From Armatimonadota bacterium (GTDB taxonomy: Bacteria > Armatimonadota > UBA5829 > DSUL01), in contig JBDHZC010000002.1 of assembly GCA_039811685.1 (NCBI GenBank), forward strand, positions 224,001 to 288,000: a DNA stretch of 64,000 nucleotides, read 5' to 3'. The notes under the pieces are model-generated. The model saw nothing but the letters and a program-made list of their open reading frames with translations. It was not told where the DNA came from and made no database searches. The translations under genes and the position numbers were made by a program. Below, one piece after another: positions 50,772-59,128 of this stretch; positions within the stretch are counted from its first letter, which is position 1; each line of letters starts with the position of its first letter.

Positions 50772-53446
50772 CCTGAAAAATCTCCTCCTCCCCCGAGAGC
50801 CTGCAAAGTCCGCTCCAACTCTCCAGCAGCCTCAGGTCCGATCTTTTTGCCTTCCCGAGTGACGTAAAAAGAGTCTCTGACATCCTGACCCCACGTGCTG
50901 ACCCGGGCGGAGTGTATGTGCCAGCCAAGCTCGGCAAACGCGCGGGTAAAGCGGTAGAGAAGACCGGGCTGATCCTTGGTTCTCACGTCCACAACCGTGT
51001 GCTCTTCTGAAAGATGGTCTGAGACTTCCAGCGTCCTGGACTGATAGTCCGGACTCAGTTTTTTCTGGTGTTGCTCGAGAAGTTTTTTCAGATCAAGCTC
51101 ACCTTTGAGTACTCTCACCATCTCCTTTTGCAGTTGCTGCTTCTTGAACTCCGGCAGTTGCTTGTCCTCGAAAGCGACATAGAGCATATCCAGAGCCACC
51201 TGCCCGCCGTTACCCCGGGTGAATACCTGAGCCGCATGCACGTCCACATCCAGCGCCCAGAGTACGCCGGCGATCTTCGAGAGCAGGCCGGGATGCGGAT
51301 CGTCCTCCACGCACAGCGTCAGTTCTGTGTAGTCTGAACCCGCATCCGCCTTGAAGCTCACGGACGGCTCACCCTGCAGAGCTTTCTGGATGAACTCCAC
51401 ATGCTCGGCCATCTCCTCGAGACGTGTGTTCAGCAGATACATCGGTGGCATGCGCACAATGTGCTCTTCGACGGCTTCAGGCGGAAGAGCCGTCAGAGAC
51501 AGCTCACGGCGCACACGGCTGCGATACTGCGCCAGATCTTCTTCCGAATCAATCAGAGGCGCCTTTGTGACGATCGCGCGCTCGGCGCGGAAATACAGCT
51601 CTCTGAGAAACCGCCCCTGAATCTCACTCCACCCACTCGCGCCAACGCCCAGGATATCAGCGTTAGTGAGCATATAAAGCATGCTCAACAGCTCCACGTC
51701 GTTGACAACAGCCACAAAGTCGTCCACGGTCCTGCGCAAGTTCAGGTCCCGCAGGCGCGCCGTATCTGACATAAGTTGATGGTGTCTGACCAGAAACTCC
51801 AGATGCACAATGCTCTGGTCGTCCAGCCTCAACCGCTGACCGATCTCCCTCACCATGATCGCGCCGCGCTCGGCGTGCTTGCCGCCTGCTCCTCCTTTGG
51901 CGATATCGTGAAGCAGAGCGGCGAGATAGAGTATCTCCGGACGCCGGATATTGGCGTAAATCCGCCGGGCGTCCTCGTCTGAGCTTCGGGTTAGACGTTC
52001 GCAGTGGCGCACTACCTGCAGCGAGTGCCATCCGACCGTGTACTCGTGGGCGGCATCGAAAGGGATCTGTCCCATGACGCGGCCGAACTCTGGGATATAC
52101 CAGCCCAGCACACCACAGTGAGACATCTCGATAATGGCGTCTCCGACATCATCCGAGCGCAAAATCATCAGGAACAGACGCGCCGCATCCTCAGCGTCAG
52201 GCGCATCTCCCACCGGCGGCGCGGCCGAAGCAACCGCTAGACGGATCGCATCCGTTACCATCTGCGAAAGGGTCAGGCCGTATCTTTGACAGTACGCGAA
52301 CGCTCTGAGGCAGGCTACGGGATCGTTCAGAAACGCTTCCGGGTTGTCAAGAACCACCTGCCCATCCTCGGCGCATAGCCCGGGTTCAAGCTCCATCCGC
52401 TTGGAGCGAACACGTCTGAGCATTTTTTCAGCCGTGCGCCGCGCCCCTTCCGCATGCCGGTAATAGTCCCGCATGAGTGTGACAACCGCCGGCTCCTCTT
52501 GGGAATCCTCATAGCCCAGCTTCGGCGCAATGGCGCTCTGCTTTTGAGAAGTCAGCGTGTCCGCCTGCCTTCCAGATTCCAGATGCATTTTCCAGCGAAT
52601 CCGGGAGAACATCTCCATCACATCGTACACTCTGTCCACTTCCGCGCTTGTGAGCAGACCGTGCTGGCGAATGTCTTCCCAGACTGCCTCCCGATCAAAA
52701 CCGTAGGCCACCTGCGCCAGCCAACTTGTCAGATGAAGGTCGCGCAGCGATCCCTCGCCCTCTTTGATATCGGGTTCAACCCGGTAAACACCGCGACCGT
52801 GACGACTGATTGATGCCTCGCGCTCTTTGAGCTTGTCATGCATAAACGCCACGGGGTGAATGCTGCGTCTCAGCTCATCCTGGAACGATTGGGCAAGTTC
52901 CCTGCTGCCCGACACAAAGCGAGCGTCCAGCAAAGCAGTCTGATTCTGGTGGTGCAGCCCCGCAGCTTCTTCCAACAGCCGGTAGGCATACCCAACTTTC
53001 AGATTCGCCTCCGCCAGGAACACGTCCATGATCAGCCGGAACATCTCCCGGGTAATCTCATCCAGCAGGGGATCGTCATCTGACGCTGAGATAAAGCTGA
53101 TGTCAATGTCACTGAAAGGAGCCAGTTCACGCCGGCCGTATCCGCCCGTAGCGACGATCGCCAGAGACCTTTGGGCCACAGCCAGAGGACTGAGCCCCTG
53201 ACCCGAAGACTCCGAAGGCTTTGTCACCTGCTCACATGCCACTTCCAGCATCCGCTGGACGACCACATCAATCAAATCGCTCAACAGGGCCATACGCGCG
53301 CGGCCAGACAGGCCTTTCGAGTTGTCAATCAACTCCTGGCGCTTGGAAATCAGCGCAGCCGCCAGTTCCTTGACCGTAGAGAGCGGTTTGAGCGCGTTTC
53401 GCGCGGACTCTTTCCAGTTGGCGAACGCGGGCACGTTCTCTGGCAT
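50768..53446 (-). CDS. glnD: PII uridylyl/adenylyl-transferase GlnD
   Basis: GGYGR.ELAPFSDID, EPDIKEG.G.LRD, HD domain LLHDIAKG, two ACT domains (D.PGLL). Confidence 0.95.
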   Translation of the reverse strand: MPENVPAFANWKESARNALKPLSTVKELAAALISKRQELIDNSKGLSGRARMALLSDLIDVVVQRMLEVACEQVTKPSESSGQGLSPLAVAQRSLAIVATGGYGRRELAPFSDIDISFISASDDDPLLDEITREMFRLIMDVFLAEANLKVGYAYRLLEEAAGLHHQNQTALLDARFVSGSRELAQSFQDELRRSIHPVAFMHDKLKEREASISRHGRGVYRVEPDIKEGEGSLRDLHLTSWLAQVAYGFDREAVWEDIRQHGLLTSAEVDRVYDVMEMFSRIRWKMHLESGRQADTLTSQKQSAIAPKLGYEDSQEEPAVVTLMRDYYRHAEGARRTAEKMLRRVRSKRMELEPGLCAEDGQVVLDNPEAFLNDPVACLRAFAYCQRYGLTLSQMVTDAIRLAVASAAPPVGDAPDAEDAARLFLMILRSDDVGDAIIEMSHCGVLGWYIPEFGRVMGQIPFDAAHEYTVGWHSLQVVRHCERLTRSSDEDARRIYANIRRPEILYLAALLHDIAKGGAGGKHAERGAIMVREIGQRLRLDDQSIVHLEFLVRHHQLMSDTARLRDLNLRRTVDDFVAVVNDVELLSMLYMLTNADILGVGASGWSEIQGRFLRELYFRAERAIVTKAPLIDSEEDLAQYRSRVRRELSLTALPPEAVEEHIVRMPPMYLLNTRLEEMAEHVEFIQKALQGEPSVSFKADAGSDYTELTLCVEDDPHPGLLSKIAGVLWALDVDVHAAQVFTRGNGGQVALDMLYVAFEDKQLPEFKKQQLQKEMVRVLKGELDLKKLLEQHQKKLSPDYQSRTLEVSDHLSEEHTVVDVRTKDQPGLLYRFTRAFAELGWHIHSARVSTWGQDVRDSFYVTREGKKIGPEAAGELERTLQALGGGGDFSG

Positions 53447-53599
53447 TATCGCTGTGTTAATCTGTCTGTCCTCACTGTCTCAGGAGTTGGCCAGCCATCG
53501 CTCTGGCGCCGCAATCAGCCCACTCCTCGCGTTCGGGAGACCGAGATGATACTCTGGCTTGAAGGTCACGTCCGGCCCCTGTGAGACGGCTCGCCACGC

Positions 53600-53941
53600 T
53601 CACTTGAGCGCCGAATCCCCCTGCTCTCCCGTTCGGATGCGCAGAGCGTTGTCAATTCTTGACATGAAAACTTTACCATCGCCGATATCGCCGGTCGCCG
53701 CTGCCTGCGTAATGGCCTTCACTACCTGATCCGCCTCAGCGTCTGAGACGACGGTCTCCAGTTTGATCTTGTCGAGCAGGTTCACAATGTACTCCTGCCC
53801 CCTGTAGTGCTGCGTCCGTCCGCGCTGCTTTCCGGAACCCATCACATGAATCACTGTCATGCCCTGCACTCCGAGCGCATCCAGCGCCGCCTTGACGTCA
53901 TCCAGCTTGTTCGGCCGTATGATGGCTTCAATCTTGATCAT
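53600..53941 (-). CDS. glnK: Nitrogen regulatory protein PII (amtB-linked)
   Basis: KIEAIIRP, YRGQEY, TGDIGDGKVF, RIRTGE. GGAGG RBS before the ATG at 53941. Follows amtB. Confidence 0.93.
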   Translation of the reverse strand: MIKIEAIIRPNKLDDVKAALDALGVQGMTVIHVMGSGKQRGRTQHYRGQEYIVNLLDKIKLETVVSDAEADQVVKAITQAAATGDIGDGKVFMSRIDNALRIRTGEQGDSALK

Positions 53942-54043
53942 CCGCTTATCCTCCAAAACTCCAGTGCGTGGCAGGGCGGCCCCGCCTCCTGGAACACTTC
54001 ACGCAATGTTGAGCGCCCGCTGGACACCCAAAATCAACCGAAG

Positions 54044-55417
54044 CTAGACGGCTTCGAGATGATAGCCTACTTCCCCATGCTGCGTCAGATCCAGACCCAT
54101 CGCCTCATCCTCCCGCGTCACCCTGATTCCGGAAAGCAACTTTATGACACTCAGTATCGCTATTGACAGGGCAAAGGAGAAGACGGCCGTCGCGGCGACA
54201 GCAACAATCTGCCTCCAGAGCAACTGCACTCCACCGCCAAAGAAAAGTCCGTTGTACCTGACCATCCCGGGGTTGATCGCCTTTGTCGCAAACAACCCGG
54301 TGGCGATGGCCCCGAAGGAGCCCCCGACAAAGTGTACGCCCACCACATCCAGCGCATCATCCAGACGAAGTCTGCTCTTGAGCTGGATTGCGCAGTAGCT
54401 AAGCGGACTGATCGCCAGCCCTATGATAATGGACGATACAGGACCGACATAGCCCGCGGCCGGTGTGATGGCGACGAGACCCGCCACAGCCCCGGAAGCA
54501 GCGCCCAGCGCAGTCGCTTTTCCTGTAGCCAGCCGCTCCACCGCCATCCAGCTCAGCGCCGCTGCGGCCGCCGCCGTGTTTGTGGCGACGAATGCGCTTG
54601 AGGCAAGCGCTGAAGCGCCAATAGCGCTGCCCGCATTGAAGCCAAACCATCCAAACCACAGAATACCCGCGCCAAGCACAGTCATCGTGACGTTGTGGGG
54701 CGCCAACTCTTCACTGCCCAGATGCTGCCGCCGCCCCAGCATCAGCGCGCATGCCAGTGCGGCGACGCCGGAAGAGATATGCACAACAGTGCCTCCCGCA
54801 AAATCCAGCGCCCCGAGTGTGCGCAACCACCCCCCAGTGCCCCACACCCAGTGAGCAACCGGGCAGTAAACCAAAATAGACCAGAGAAACGTGAAGGCCA
54901 TGTAAGCCCCGAACTTCATCCTCTCCGCCAGTGCTCCGGAGATCAGAGCCGGAGTGATGATGGCAAACATCGCCTGATAAATCATGTAGGTCGTATGTGG
55001 AATTGTCGGGGCGTAGTCCGGGTTCGGCGCAGCGCCAACTCCCCTCAGACCCAGCCAGCCGAGATCCCCTATGAGCGATCCGTGCCCGGAAAATGACAGG
55101 CTGTATCCCCAGAGCACCCAGGTGAGACCGACCATCGCCATCATCGAAAAGCTGTGCATAGTGGTGCTAAGAACGTTCTTGGAACGTACCATGCCCGCAT
55201 AGAACAGCGCGAGCCCGGGCGTCATAAACAGCACCAGCGCCGAGGAGACGAGCATCCAGGCGGTATCGCCCGTGTCAATGCTTCCCGATACCTGCTGCGC
55301 CTCAAGCGCTCTGTGAAGCAGAAGAAGAAGCGTGGACAGGATAGCGACGGCAACTGGCCGAGCCACAAGCCGCTTACCGGCGCCTGTTGACAACCGTTTT
55401 CTAATTGAACTGGTCAC
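54044..55417 (-). CDS. amtB: Ammonium transporter
   Basis: GDTAW, MTPGLALFY.G, DFAGGTVVH, WFGWFGFN.GS, DD.LDV..VH. Start approximate. Confidence 0.97.
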   Translation of the reverse strand: MTSSIRKRLSTGAGKRLVARPVAVAILSTLLLLLHRALEAQQVSGSIDTGDTAWMLVSSALVLFMTPGLALFYAGMVRSKNVLSTTMHSFSMMAMVGLTWVLWGYSLSFSGHGSLIGDLGWLGLRGVGAAPNPDYAPTIPHTTYMIYQAMFAIITPALISGALAERMKFGAYMAFTFLWSILVYCPVAHWVWGTGGWLRTLGALDFAGGTVVHISSGVAALACALMLGRRQHLGSEELAPHNVTMTVLGAGILWFGWFGFNAGSAIGASALASSAFVATNTAAAAAALSWMAVERLATGKATALGAASGAVAGLVAITPAAGYVGPVSSIIIGLAISPLSYCAIQLKSRLRLDDALDVVGVHFVGGSFGAIATGLFATKAINPGMVRYNGLFFGGGVQLLWRQIVAVAATAVFSFALSIAILSVIKLLSGIRVTREDEAMGLDLTQHGEVGYHLEAV

Positions 55418-55698
55418 TGCAGCCGTCCTGCGCGCTCCCCAATGTTGTCATCTCGGACCGGGTCCCTGTTCAAAACCCGACAGCAGAAGTGAAATGACAC
55501 CGGGAAACGCTGCCCTTTCTCAGTATGAGTTCATGGTAATGCGACAATGTTAAGATCAGATTTCAGAGGTACTAACAGTGGTTTTCAAGTGCTTTCAGGA
55601 CAGAGCTGAGGAACAAGACCTGAGACGCGGCGCTGCGAGCGATCCTGGCGCGACAGGCGCTTCGATGAAGAGGCGTTCTTTGCAGGGGCGGTTGGCAG

Positions 55699-56376
55699 CT
55701 ACGGCAGAGGCGTGAAGCGATAGCCTACCCCGCGCACCGTGCTGACACAGTCCTGATAGGGCTCGCCCAGCTTCGTGCGGATGCGGCGGATGTGGACATC
55801 CACAGTGCGTGTGCCGCCGTAGTAGTCATAACCCCACACGCGGGCCAGGAGTGACTCTCTGGTGTGCACGCGGCTGCGGTGGGTCACCAGATACTTGAAG
55901 AGTTCGAACTCTTTGAAAGTCAGGGGGATGACGTCGCCGCCCACGCGCACCTCATAGTTCGCGAAGTCCAGACTCAGCGCTCCAAACTCGATGCTGCCCT
56001 CTTGCCGGATGCGGCTGTGCGTCCAGAACAGAAGGCGGATCCGCACAGACAGCTCTCCCGCTGCGCCCGGAACAACCACAAAATCGTCAGCGCCCCACGT
56101 GAGGTCAAACTCATCCAGCGCCTCCTGGTGAATCAGCAGGAATGTGGGCATGGCAGGGATACCCAGCTCCATCTCAAGGCGCTGCTTCACGGTCCTCGCG
56201 CCCGGGCCAGAGCCAGGCAGGTCGATCACCAGCGCTTCCGGCGCCATCTGAGAAAGAGCCGCGATGAGTGACTCAGTGTCGCTTGGAGTCCACAACACCT
56301 GGTGATTGGCAAGAGTCAACTCGCGGCGGACTCCACCGATTGAGCGTTCATCATCTGAAACAACGAGAATGCGCAT
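55699..56376 (-). CDS. glnR: OmpR-family regulator with atypical receiver, actinobacterial GlnR-like
   Basis: LTFKEFEL..YL..H..RV.TR..LL..VWGYDYYGGTRTVDVHIRR.R.KLG, plus WGADD in a receiver lacking the conserved Lys. Heads amtB-glnK-glnD. Confidence 0.75.
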   Translation of the reverse strand: MRILVVSDDERSIGGVRRELTLANHQVLWTPSDTESLIAALSQMAPEALVIDLPGSGPGARTVKQRLEMELGIPAMPTFLLIHQEALDEFDLTWGADDFVVVPGAAGELSVRIRLLFWTHSRIRQEGSIEFGALSLDFANYEVRVGGDVIPLTFKEFELFKYLVTHRSRVHTRESLLARVWGYDYYGGTRTVDVHIRRIRTKLGEPYQDCVSTVRGVGYRFTPLP

Positions 56377-56496
56377 AGTGTGTGGCCTTGTGCCAATCCG
56401 TATAGGGCGAAAAACGATTATCTATCTGAGAAAGAGTCTGAACAGAGTCACCACTCTGGCTGCGGCTCAGCGGAGCAGAGAAACTCGCCCTGTGTG

Positions 56497-58557
56497 TCAC
56501 GGCCAGGGCCAGAACGCATAGGTGCGGATATCCAGCAGCACGCCTATGATAAGCCACGCCCCTCCTATGACACACTCACCCAGTATAAGCCCCATGAAGA
56601 ACGGGAGCGTTTTGCGATACATCCGCAACCCGCCGTAGCGCAACATCAGGCCCTTGAGCGCCCAGGCTATGAACATTGATAACCATAACAGGCTCATAGA
56701 CCACGAGCTGGACACAGCATATCCGACTGGATGAAACGGAAACCACGCCAGGCGCATCCGGAGAGTGTTCAACGCAATGGTAAGCGCAAATCCGGCCGTT
56801 ATGGCCTCTACTGTATGCCGGGCAAGACCTGCGCTCTGGGGAGCTTTCAACCAGCCGTCCAGCCGGTTGTACGGCTCCCCTCCAAAGATCAATGGCACGT
56901 CCGGCGGCGCCATTCTCGCCGCAGCGCCATATTTGTACGTCAGTGTCAGCACCGCCCAGAACGCCGCATACGTTCCCACGATTACCGCCAGCGTCATCGC
57001 CACACCCAGGCGCCGGTAGTTCATCCCGGTGCGCTCACCCATTTTCAGGCTCTCCAGCTCAACGGGCATTGGCAAAGAGCGGTAGGCGCGGTTGAACCAG
57101 CGAAACTGACTGAGCGCCGTCAGAGTCGCGCTGCCGGTGGGATTGGCCTGATCGGGGTGTGCGCCAAGGGCTTTCGTGCCCGCAATCAGCGCGATCATCC
57201 GATCGGGGCCGGAATCGTGGAGATCGTGCGCTGGAGGGCCAAGCTCGGCTCGCATCCGCGTAATCGCCAGCGCCAGCAGCCAGTAAACCGCGAAGAAGGT
57301 GATGGCTACCCACCACGGCATTCCCGCGAGATACGCAAAGCAGATGAGAAACACAGTTCCCAGGATGAATCCGAGACCTGCGAGACGGTAGGGCAGAGGT
57401 TCATCGGCATCACCCAGATCCCGCTTCCAGTCAACCGCGCCTCTGAGCAGCTCTCCAAAGTGCGCCCTGCTTGACCAGAGCGCAAAGGCCGCAATGCCAA
57501 TATAGGCTCCAAAGGACTGCTCGTTCACGAACGGTGTGCCTGGCGTATCAAAACCCTGCCACGATGAGAAGACGAACTGCGCTTTCCATGTGAGAAAAAA
57601 GAACCAGCACGAGAACGAAAGGTCCAGCGGCAACAGAATTCCGAGGCCGATAGCAAACGGATAGAAGCAGATGGGCATCCATCCGACAGCGTTCCACGGA
57701 CGGGTCGTGAAGACTGGAGTCAGGTCAATGCTCTTGGTGGGAATCATCGGGAGCTGCGGAAACAGAAAGCTCCAGCCGTTCCAGAAGTCGATGGTCCCCG
57801 CTACAGTGAAGCCAATCCACATAAGGCGGTCGCGGAATAACAGCGCCCCGGGCTGCGTCATATCCAGCGGCAACTGCACGAGCGGATAGGCAAGGCGTTC
57901 GCGCTGAGTCCACTGCCTGCGCAGCAAAATCACCAGGCACAGCATCGACAGCACCAGCACGATGATGAACGCACTCCAGCACGCTACCGGAGTGATCCAC
58001 CACCGAAGATTGTCCGGATCAAAGAATTTGTCATTACCCAGATAGAAGCCATCCAGCGCCCGCTTGTCACGAACTGACAGCCACGGCTTCATGTACGGAG
58101 CAATCAGCTTGTCCCACTGGTTGGTGCTGTTGGCGAAAAAGAACGGATGCGTCATCCCCGGCACCAGCACCTGAATGAAGTCGTGACTCACGAGCGCTGT
58201 CGAGATGTTGATCATAATGTAAACCGTCAACAGCTCGATCTGGCTGAACATCAGACGCGGGGCGACGCGACGCAAGAAGCCGTTCACAACAATGAGCGCC
58301 AGCAAAATCAGGATGGAGTTGAAGAAAAGCGAGATGGTCGTGGGGTGTCCTGAGTACCGGACGACCTCCATCATGTAGATCCACCACGCGTTAGGCCAGA
58401 TGAGGATAAGCCCGATGAGGATAGAGCGCAGGGAGATGCCACGCTCGACACCACCAGGCGGGATGACTTCTCTGTCGCGGACTGGCGGGCGCCCGGCAGC
58501 AGACGATGCAGCTTTGGGAGTGGATGGAGCCGAATACTGCCGGTCTGTAGTTTTCAA
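56497..58557 (-). CDS. DUF6785/DUF6784-type polytopic membrane protein (putative OPT-like transporter), paralog of 38808..40865
   Basis: RRQW..RERL.YP, TRMRAELG, WFPFHP.GY, PFF.GLILG and many TM segments. Confidence 0.75.
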   Translation of the reverse strand: MKTTDRQYSAPSTPKAASSAAGRPPVRDREVIPPGGVERGISLRSILIGLILIWPNAWWIYMMEVVRYSGHPTTISLFFNSILILLALIVVNGFLRRVAPRLMFSQIELLTVYIMINISTALVSHDFIQVLVPGMTHPFFFANSTNQWDKLIAPYMKPWLSVRDKRALDGFYLGNDKFFDPDNLRWWITPVACWSAFIIVLVLSMLCLVILLRRQWTQRERLAYPLVQLPLDMTQPGALLFRDRLMWIGFTVAGTIDFWNGWSFLFPQLPMIPTKSIDLTPVFTTRPWNAVGWMPICFYPFAIGLGILLPLDLSFSCWFFFLTWKAQFVFSSWQGFDTPGTPFVNEQSFGAYIGIAAFALWSSRAHFGELLRGAVDWKRDLGDADEPLPYRLAGLGFILGTVFLICFAYLAGMPWWVAITFFAVYWLLALAITRMRAELGPPAHDLHDSGPDRMIALIAGTKALGAHPDQANPTGSATLTALSQFRWFNRAYRSLPMPVELESLKMGERTGMNYRRLGVAMTLAVIVGTYAAFWAVLTLTYKYGAAARMAPPDVPLIFGGEPYNRLDGWLKAPQSAGLARHTVEAITAGFALTIALNTLRMRLAWFPFHPVGYAVSSSWSMSLLWLSMFIAWALKGLMLRYGGLRMYRKTLPFFMGLILGECVIGGAWLIIGVLLDIRTYAFWPWP

Positions 58558-58609
58558 CCCCCGAGAACGCTCCTTCCAATGCTTTGCCGGATTGACAAAT
58601 GCCCGCTAA

Positions 58610-58638
58610 AGCGTAGCGTTCCAGAGGCGGTCTGTCAA
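58610..58638 (-). promoter_or_regulatory. Sigma70-type promoter for the 56497..58557 gene
   Basis: Minus strand TTGACA (58638-58633), 17 bp spacer, TACGCT (58615-58610). Confidence 0.6.
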
Positions 58639-58652
58639 GACGGGCCGAGAGA

Positions 58653-59108
58653 TCACCCGCCCCATACCTGCTCCATCAGGTGGTAGGATGTGCGCTGCAT
58701 GCCAAGCGACGCATAGGTTCTGAGCGCGGTGTCATTCTGGGCTTCAACATAGAGGCGCAGCCCTGCGGCATGCGATTCGAGCGCTGCTGTGCGAACGTGC
58801 TCAAAAAGCGCGCGAAAAACACCGCGGCGGCGGAACTCCGGCCAGACGTAAACGCTCTGAATCCACCAGATATCGCCATTGCGCCAGTCGCTCCACTCAT
58901 GCGTGATCATCAGCATCCCCGCAACTTCACCGCCAACCTCCGCGACAAAATACAGAGCTTTGGCCGGGTCTTCCAGCGCACGCCTGACACCTTCACCAAC
59001 GACAGAAGGCTTCAGAGCCAGCCCTTCTGTCTCCTGCGCCATACGAATGTTGCCCTGAGCGATTGCCTCGCAATCGCCAATGACCGCCTGACGGATATTG
59101 ATGTTCAC
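58653..59108 (-). CDS. GNAT family N-acetyltransferase
   Basis: EWSDWRNG, IQSVYV.PEFRRRGVF, LRLYV...N..A...Y..LG. AAGGGGGAG RBS before the GTG at 59108. Confidence 0.9.
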   Translation of the reverse strand: MNINIRQAVIGDCEAIAQGNIRMAQETEGLALKPSVVGEGVRRALEDPAKALYFVAEVGGEVAGMLMITHEWSDWRNGDIWWIQSVYVWPEFRRRGVFRALFEHVRTAALESHAAGLRLYVEAQNDTALRTYASLGMQRTSYHLMEQVWGG

Positions 59109-59128
59109 ACTCCCCCTTCGAAAGTCTT

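Noticed and set aside
56377..56400. TGGCAC upstream of the GlnR-like gene as a sigma54 -24 element
   Set aside because: No TTGC at the -12 position, and no enhancer-binding protein in the window.
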